Source: Azolla caroliniana
Lineage: Eukaryota; Plantae; Polypodiophyta
NCBI GenBank assembly: GCA_043228905.1
Contig: JBHGNT010000869.1
Coordinates: 1 to 14,398 of the forward strand
DNA length: 14,398 nucleotides
Reading direction: 5' to 3'
Below the pieces are notes generated by a model. It was not told the DNA's origin, did not search any database, and saw nothing but the letters and a program-made list of their open reading frames with translations. Positions within the stretch are counted from its first letter, which is position 1, and every line of letters begins with the position of its first letter. Shown in pieces: positions 9,349 through 14,398 of the stretch. The translations under genes were made by a program, and so were the position numbers.

Positions 9349-10523
9349 TTAATGATTAATTAAAAAGGGTTTGCGGTTGCATTTAACTCAATGGCAGACT
9401 AACGCTATTCTATTTTCGTGTTTTTTTCTGAATTTTTAAATTAATTGGAAATCACTTTGAAGTTACACTAACAGTTTTATAAATTCAAATAAAAAACCTT
9501 ACACATGACTTTAGTAAATGGTAAATTTATTTTGCATGACACCCACTTTTGAAAAACAACAAAATGCCTAATCAACTATAAGGATATTACAAATTAATGA
9601 GCTATTAAAAATTTCAATATAACAAACAACATTAAATGAATTGCAAACAAGGATCACAAGTAAAAATATAAGAAGATTAAAACAAAATGTGCAAGAGAAC
9701 CACGCATATATTTTAGGGCCCAAGATCATTACTTGGTTGTGTAGTTTAATGCCATATATATATTATATTCAAATACTATAAAATTAAACCACCTAGCATT
9801 TGAAGACTAGGAGCATTAAAAGACTCCTTATTTTAATACTTAAGTTCGAGAGAGCTGATGAGAACTGACATAGTTCGAAAACGGTAGTAAGATGCTGTAC
9901 TACCCAGGGCAAATGATTGCTTTAAATAGGTGATCTTATACTGATTTTGCAGACGTTTGCAGACGGCTCCTGTGCCCTAAAATCCGTACGTTTGAGGTTT
10001 TAAATATTTTTTTTTATAAATAAATGATTATTGAAAAACGCAAAATGGAACCCTTTGAACAAACGCTATGACTAATGGGGCGAGGAATGAATTATTTACA
10101 GAATTTTAGAAGCGATATTTATAAAAAGAATCAATGTGAATAAACAAATACTTTATTAAAATAAGCTACATGCCTTAGTAGCAAGAATGTTGGACATGCT
10201 AAAGCATGCACGAACTATTTCTTTTAAATAAATATATTAGCAAACGATCAAACGATCAACGCAAATAAAAGTAAACAGTTCAGAGTTTTATCTGAAAAAA
10301 AGCCAAATATTTGTAAGAAGAGAATATATCCAATTAGTTGTTTCAGACCTCAATTAACTTCTGTGAAGCCAAAATGGAGTTTCTTTGAACAATATCGAAA
10401 AGTTTGGCGTATTTTGTACCATTATTGTAAATTAATTATTTGACTTTAATTTGCTGAAAATCATGTATTTGACTATGTATATTCCACAGTCTTTATTTGG
10501 ATACATTTTACGAAGACGCCGCA
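9349..10523 (+). repeat. Duplication segment B2
   Basis: Direct repeat of 5755-6973 with several small indels. Confidence 0.97.
9855..9886 (+). ncRNA. Minimal type I hammerhead ribozyme core, copy 2 (stem III palindrome mutated)
   Basis: CTGATGA-GAACT-GACAT-AGTTC-GAAA-ACGG-TA; stem II is fully Watson-Crick. Confidence 0.65.
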
Positions 10524-10728
10524 AGTAGATTTGCGAAAATCCAGATCTAACATCTAAACAGCTAAAATGACACTGATAAAATTTACTAGCACTGTCCGCC
10601 TGATATCCTATTTTTTGTTGTTCTATATTGTATTTTATTGTGGATTTAACAAATCACACTTTTTTAAAACAACAAGAAATGGCTAAAATTTTACATTTAT
10701 CTAGCACTGACGTATCATATATAGACTA

Positions 10729-10946
10729 TATATCACACCTTGTCGAATAACAAACTGAAAATTAGCAAGAGAATATTCAAAGCCATAAAAAAATATTTCC
10801 GGTTAAGATAGATTCTTGCAATTATTATATATTATGGAGGCATTCTTGCTTTTAAAAACTACCAAGACTAGAATATTCCACAGGTCCTCAAAAAAAGTTA
10901 TAAATGTTTATATCACACCTTGTCGAATTACAAACATTCAAAGCCA
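10729..10946 (+). repeat. Short direct repeat pair, 180 bp apart
   Basis: TATATCACACCTTGTCGAAT(A/T)ACAAAC at 10729-10755 and 10909-10935. Each is followed by ATTCAAAGCCA (10775-10785 and 10936-10946). Confidence 0.85.
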
Positions 10947-11080
10947 ACATATTTGAAAAATTAATTTACAGTTATATTTTTTAACCAGTTTAAATTTTAC
11001 ACATAGTAATAGTTTCTAAAAAGGCTAATAGATAACACTACATATTATATTAGAATGCAAAAAACAATTTTTTTTAGAAA

Positions 11081-11959
11081 ATACCAAGTTGCCATTCGAC
11101 TGGGAAAAATGCAATGTAAATTGTGTTTATACAGTTATTATCTAATATTGCATTTTAGATGACTACAAAACGAATTGATACTGTATCTGAAGAAGAATAT
11201 TTGAAACTTCTTGAAGATTTGGATATAGAGAAAAAATAAAATGAAGAAAATATTAATTTACCACAAAGAATTGATGAGAAATCTGCCGAAGAAGAAATAA
11301 ATTTCCTACAAAACGAAGAAGTTGATGAAATAAATTTGATAGAAGATGATGATGCTGATAATGAAAATAAAAATATTAATAAAGAAAATAATGTAAAAAA
11401 TGTAAATAATAAAGACAAAGATATGAGACCAAATGCACGAGAAAAGACATAAATCTAGGAACGTATACATATATCAATATTTTTAAAGATTAACAAAGAA
11501 AGACCGTATGCGGAAACAGAAAACAAATTAATTAAAAAAAAATAAACACAATATTGAAGACGTTCAATTTGACCAATATGGGCATTGGCCAGAACAGAAA
11601 ATAAAAACAGGTGTAAATATTGTAAATCTGGATATTTCCGATTAAAATGCTCAAAATGTAATACCTGTTTATGTTTAAATGACAAAAAAAAATGTTTTGT
11701 AGTGTTTCATACTAAATACTGTTTATTCATTTATTTAACTGAAAAAATTATGTTTTAGTAAAAAAAATGGCCTATTGAACCTGAACCGACATTTAGTTAT
11801 ATAATCCCAATGTTGCCATTTGCAACATAGTGTATAATTTGTTAATTATTAAAAAAATTACTTTTCAAACATTCCATTGTGTTTCTACATCTACTAGAAA
11901 CAAGCAACAATAAACATATTTTTTGTTTCAAAATAATAATTTGGGCTGGAAAGGGTTCA
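11081..11959 (+). mobile_element. Internally deleted (non-autonomous) piggyBac element; left end not identified
   Basis: An ATG at 11159 after TTTTAG opens an acidic N-terminus (MTTKRIDTVSEEEYLKLLEDLD...EDDDADNE). Downstream lie DVQFDQYGHWP and RCKYCKSGYFRLKCSKCNTCLCLNDKKKCFVVFH (11609-11710), the piggyBac cysteine-rich domain. There is a subterminal palindrome TGTTGC-CATTT-GCAACA (11811-11827) and a right end TTGGGCTGGAAAGGG/TTCA (degenerate TTAA, 11956-11959). Confidence 0.85.
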
Positions 11960-12164
11960 TAAAACATGTCACATATTTAATATAAAAATTATTATTTTTT
12001 GTGAAAATATTAACATATAACTACTACTAATTTCATTAATTATTATTATTTAATTTCCTTTGATTGCCATATCAATATTATTATTTGTATTTACCCCAAC
12101 CATATTTTGCAATATACAAGTATATTCCTACGCGACAAAAACCTCAAACAAAATACCTATCCTG

Positions 12165-12305
12165 ATAATGGTCCCCCGCAAGACCGATGTTGAACCTTCC
12201 GGACGGACAACGTCTCAGTTTCCGGGCTTCCCTAATTGAGTTGCCGTAACAACGCGCGTGACGCACCCGGATAATTCCGGTAATCAACTACGGTTGCCTG
12301 GATCG
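12165..12305. promoter_or_regulatory. Unique CpG-rich island with an RFX X-box-like site and ETS-like motifs (candidate enhancer)
   Basis: GTTGCCGTAACAAC at 12240-12253, TTCCGG three times, and high CpG density in an AT-rich background. Confidence 0.35.
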
Positions 12306-12518
12306 AACAGATACTTGATACAGGAATGAGTAGAGCCGTGGTTTCTATTTTAGTAAAAAAAATTGCCGAACGTATATCTTGTGTTGTCAAGGATTTTTAG
12401 GGACTTGGAAAACAAATATGGGTTTTTTGTGATTTTTAAAAATAATTTAAAAGGAGTTATACCCTTTTTGTTTATTGCATATAAAGGGGCTATACTTGAA
12501 CAACATTCTAAAAAAAAT

Positions 12519-13890
12519 TTAATTCTTTTCAAAATTTTTCACTAACAACTTATGTCTTCGCTCCGAGTACATATATTTGTTGATAGAAAAGCTTCGTTCT
12601 ACATCAACAGACGTGATTGAAGAAATTTTAAACTACCTAGTGAACTTGTATCTACATTAAAATTTTCTACAAAGTCACCAAGATAATTTTAGCCACGTTT
12701 AATAAAAAGAAATATCCTTTATTTTTCTCTAATACATTTTTCAGTTTTTCTCTTATTTTCGGCCAATAGTACCACTAACACTATTAACAGATGTTTGCAA
12801 TTGAGTGATTAAATTAAAATATTCTACTAAGAACAACTTATTTTGATTCCAACTTTGAAATAACATCTAAAACACAAGTATCATTGCTTTGAATAAATGC
12901 TAGTTGTTGAGGCAGTAATTTATTTTTCATCAAATGTTTCGAATCTAGAAGTGCTTGGCAATATTCATCAGACAATTCAGTAATTAAGCTGCTTTATGTC
13001 ACTAAAATTTTTGCAATAAAAAAATGCCGCTTCCAACCAGGTCCCCATCTTGTTATTATTGGTGGAGGGGGAAGTGGAACATTCGGTAGTATTTCCTTGT
13101 AATACTGAATTCTTTAAGGTCGTTTGGAGAAAAACTTTTTTAACATTAGATACAAGTTCATTAACAAAAGGAAATGATTTTCTAATTTTTAATATTTTAA
13201 TATTTTGTCCTGCTTTGACCATATAGGGTGCAGCATTGGATAAAATCAGCAAGAACTTCTTACAAGGAATGGTATCTGGAAGAAAGAACTTCACCAATTC
13301 TTCTTGTAGAAATCTTGCAACTGATAAAACATTCGTTTTTTCTAATTATTTGCTGGCAATTAAATGGGATTTTGAGTATGACTGTGGGTTTAGAATTCCA
13401 ATTAGTAAATGAGGTATATTACCGCCCAGCCGAATACGTGGTTTCATCCACACATACGAAAAAATAATTACTTTCAACTTCTGCTTTCATTTGTTTAATC
13501 GCCGTAGAATACAAAGAATCTATGTTATTTCTTTTTAAGGTCGTCTGCTTGAAATATTAATTTTGCAGTATTTTTAAAGAAAAGATCTTAAATTTTCATT
13601 TGACAATGAAATATTTGATGCTACCAGTGCACGACAAAGATCTTCACTAAACACTTCTTGTTCACCAAATTTTTTTTGGGTGTCTCAAAACACCGAGATA
13701 GACATTTGTACTTTCTCACCAGAAACCTTAATTTTTTGTAACTTTGTTGTATGTAAAGCTGTTTTTACATGCTGATCGATTTAAATACGAAACACTAAAC
13801 GAAAACGATTAAATATATAAACTTAAGATGCGCCAAAAGAACTGTTATATTAGGTATTTTGTTTGTCCTGCAATAAAAATACTTTACTAA
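12519..13890 (-). pseudogene. Decayed hAT-like transposase (DUF659 / CGGBP1-like insect family)
   Basis: Minus translation gives IDQHVKTALH (zinc-finger His pair), FSEDLCRALVASNIS, FFVCVDETT (D at ~13447), LSNAAPYMVKAG, LVSNVKKVF, PLPPP..ITRW/GTWLEAAFFY and SITSVDVERSFS (~12586-12621), ending at a stop at 12519-12521. It contains many stops and frameshifts. Confidence 0.88.
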
Positions 13891-14398
13891 TAAATTTGGA
13901 TTTTCCCAGGTATTATTAAGAAACTCATAAAATTATAACTTACTATATTCTGGGACAATACGGCAAGATACCTTAGTTAATTAGTTTGGGTAAATATACC
14001 TTGTTTCCTTGGCGCCATGACCAACAAACCGTCCTTCCCGAGAAATATTTCTGATCTTGGTGGATATTTTTATGTAAAATATGCATTTAATGTTAGCTTT
14101 TGAAAAACATACAAAAACCGATTTTTTACATAAAATATGCAAAATATACAACTTGCATAAATGCTCTTCCCTGGTAATCATCATATATCGAGTAATTATA
14201 ATCTGAAATCAAAAAAATGTCTTGTCAGCAAATGAATGAGACTGCTTAGGAAAAACCTTTAATTACATAAATGAAAGCTTTTTTATAATCGTGTCATTCG
14301 ATCGCTGAAATAATGTGTAAAAAAGCGATTTAAATATTTCTTAATCTAACAACTTTAAAAAAAAGAGGGTTTCCTATTGGCATATTTGGTTTAGAATT

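Noticed and set aside
5755-10523. B1 and B2 as LTRs of an LTR retrotransposon
   Set aside because: There are no TG..CA ends, PBS, PPT, TSD or gag-pol, and segment A is also duplicated outside the pair.
11155-11685. Minus-strand hydrophobic ORFs 11155-11418 and 11455-11685
   Set aside because: Antisense shadows of the A-rich piggyBac coding remnant.
12930-12972. Minus-strand CTGATGA...CGAAAC resembling a hammerhead
   Set aside because: It lies inside the hAT coding remnant and lacks a proper stem II and cleavage-site geometry.
12331-14170. Terminal inverted repeats for the hAT-like element (TAGAGCC.. at 12331 versus ..TTGCATAAATGCTCT near 14165)
   Set aside because: Only a few bases are complementary and no TSD is visible, so the ends could not be fixed.
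1-14398. CRISPR array, prokaryotic operon or defence system
   Set aside because: There are no regularly spaced repeats or long ORFs; the content is eukaryotic TE-rich DNA.

Overview
Very AT-rich, intron-like or intergenic eukaryotic DNA, most likely from an insect (the repeat types resemble those I associate with beetles). No intact host gene is visible, and the window is largely decayed transposable elements. (1) A 5'-truncated Jockey-like LINE on the minus strand (337-2196) with a poly(A) tail, a perfect 11-bp TSD and a structured 3' UTR. (2) A CR1/L2-like RT remnant. (3) A Penelope-like GIY-YIG endonuclease remnant that the ORF track misses, followed by half of a minimal hammerhead motif. 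(4) Two RTE-clade remnants, one interrupted by a tRNA-derived SINE. (5) An internally deleted piggyBac. (6) A decayed hAT-like (DUF659/CGGBP1-type) transposase. The centre is a diverged tandem duplication arranged A1-B1-A2-C-B2 (4921-10523), in which the first copy has lost about 1.5 kb. Each B copy carries a minimal type I hammerhead ribozyme core at the apex of a ~300-nt nested inverted-repeat fold (Penelope pLTR or retrozyme-like), which is the most interesting signal here. Three unique CpG-rich islands look like cis-regulatory elements. All assignments come from by-eye translation and motif recognition; no searches were run.
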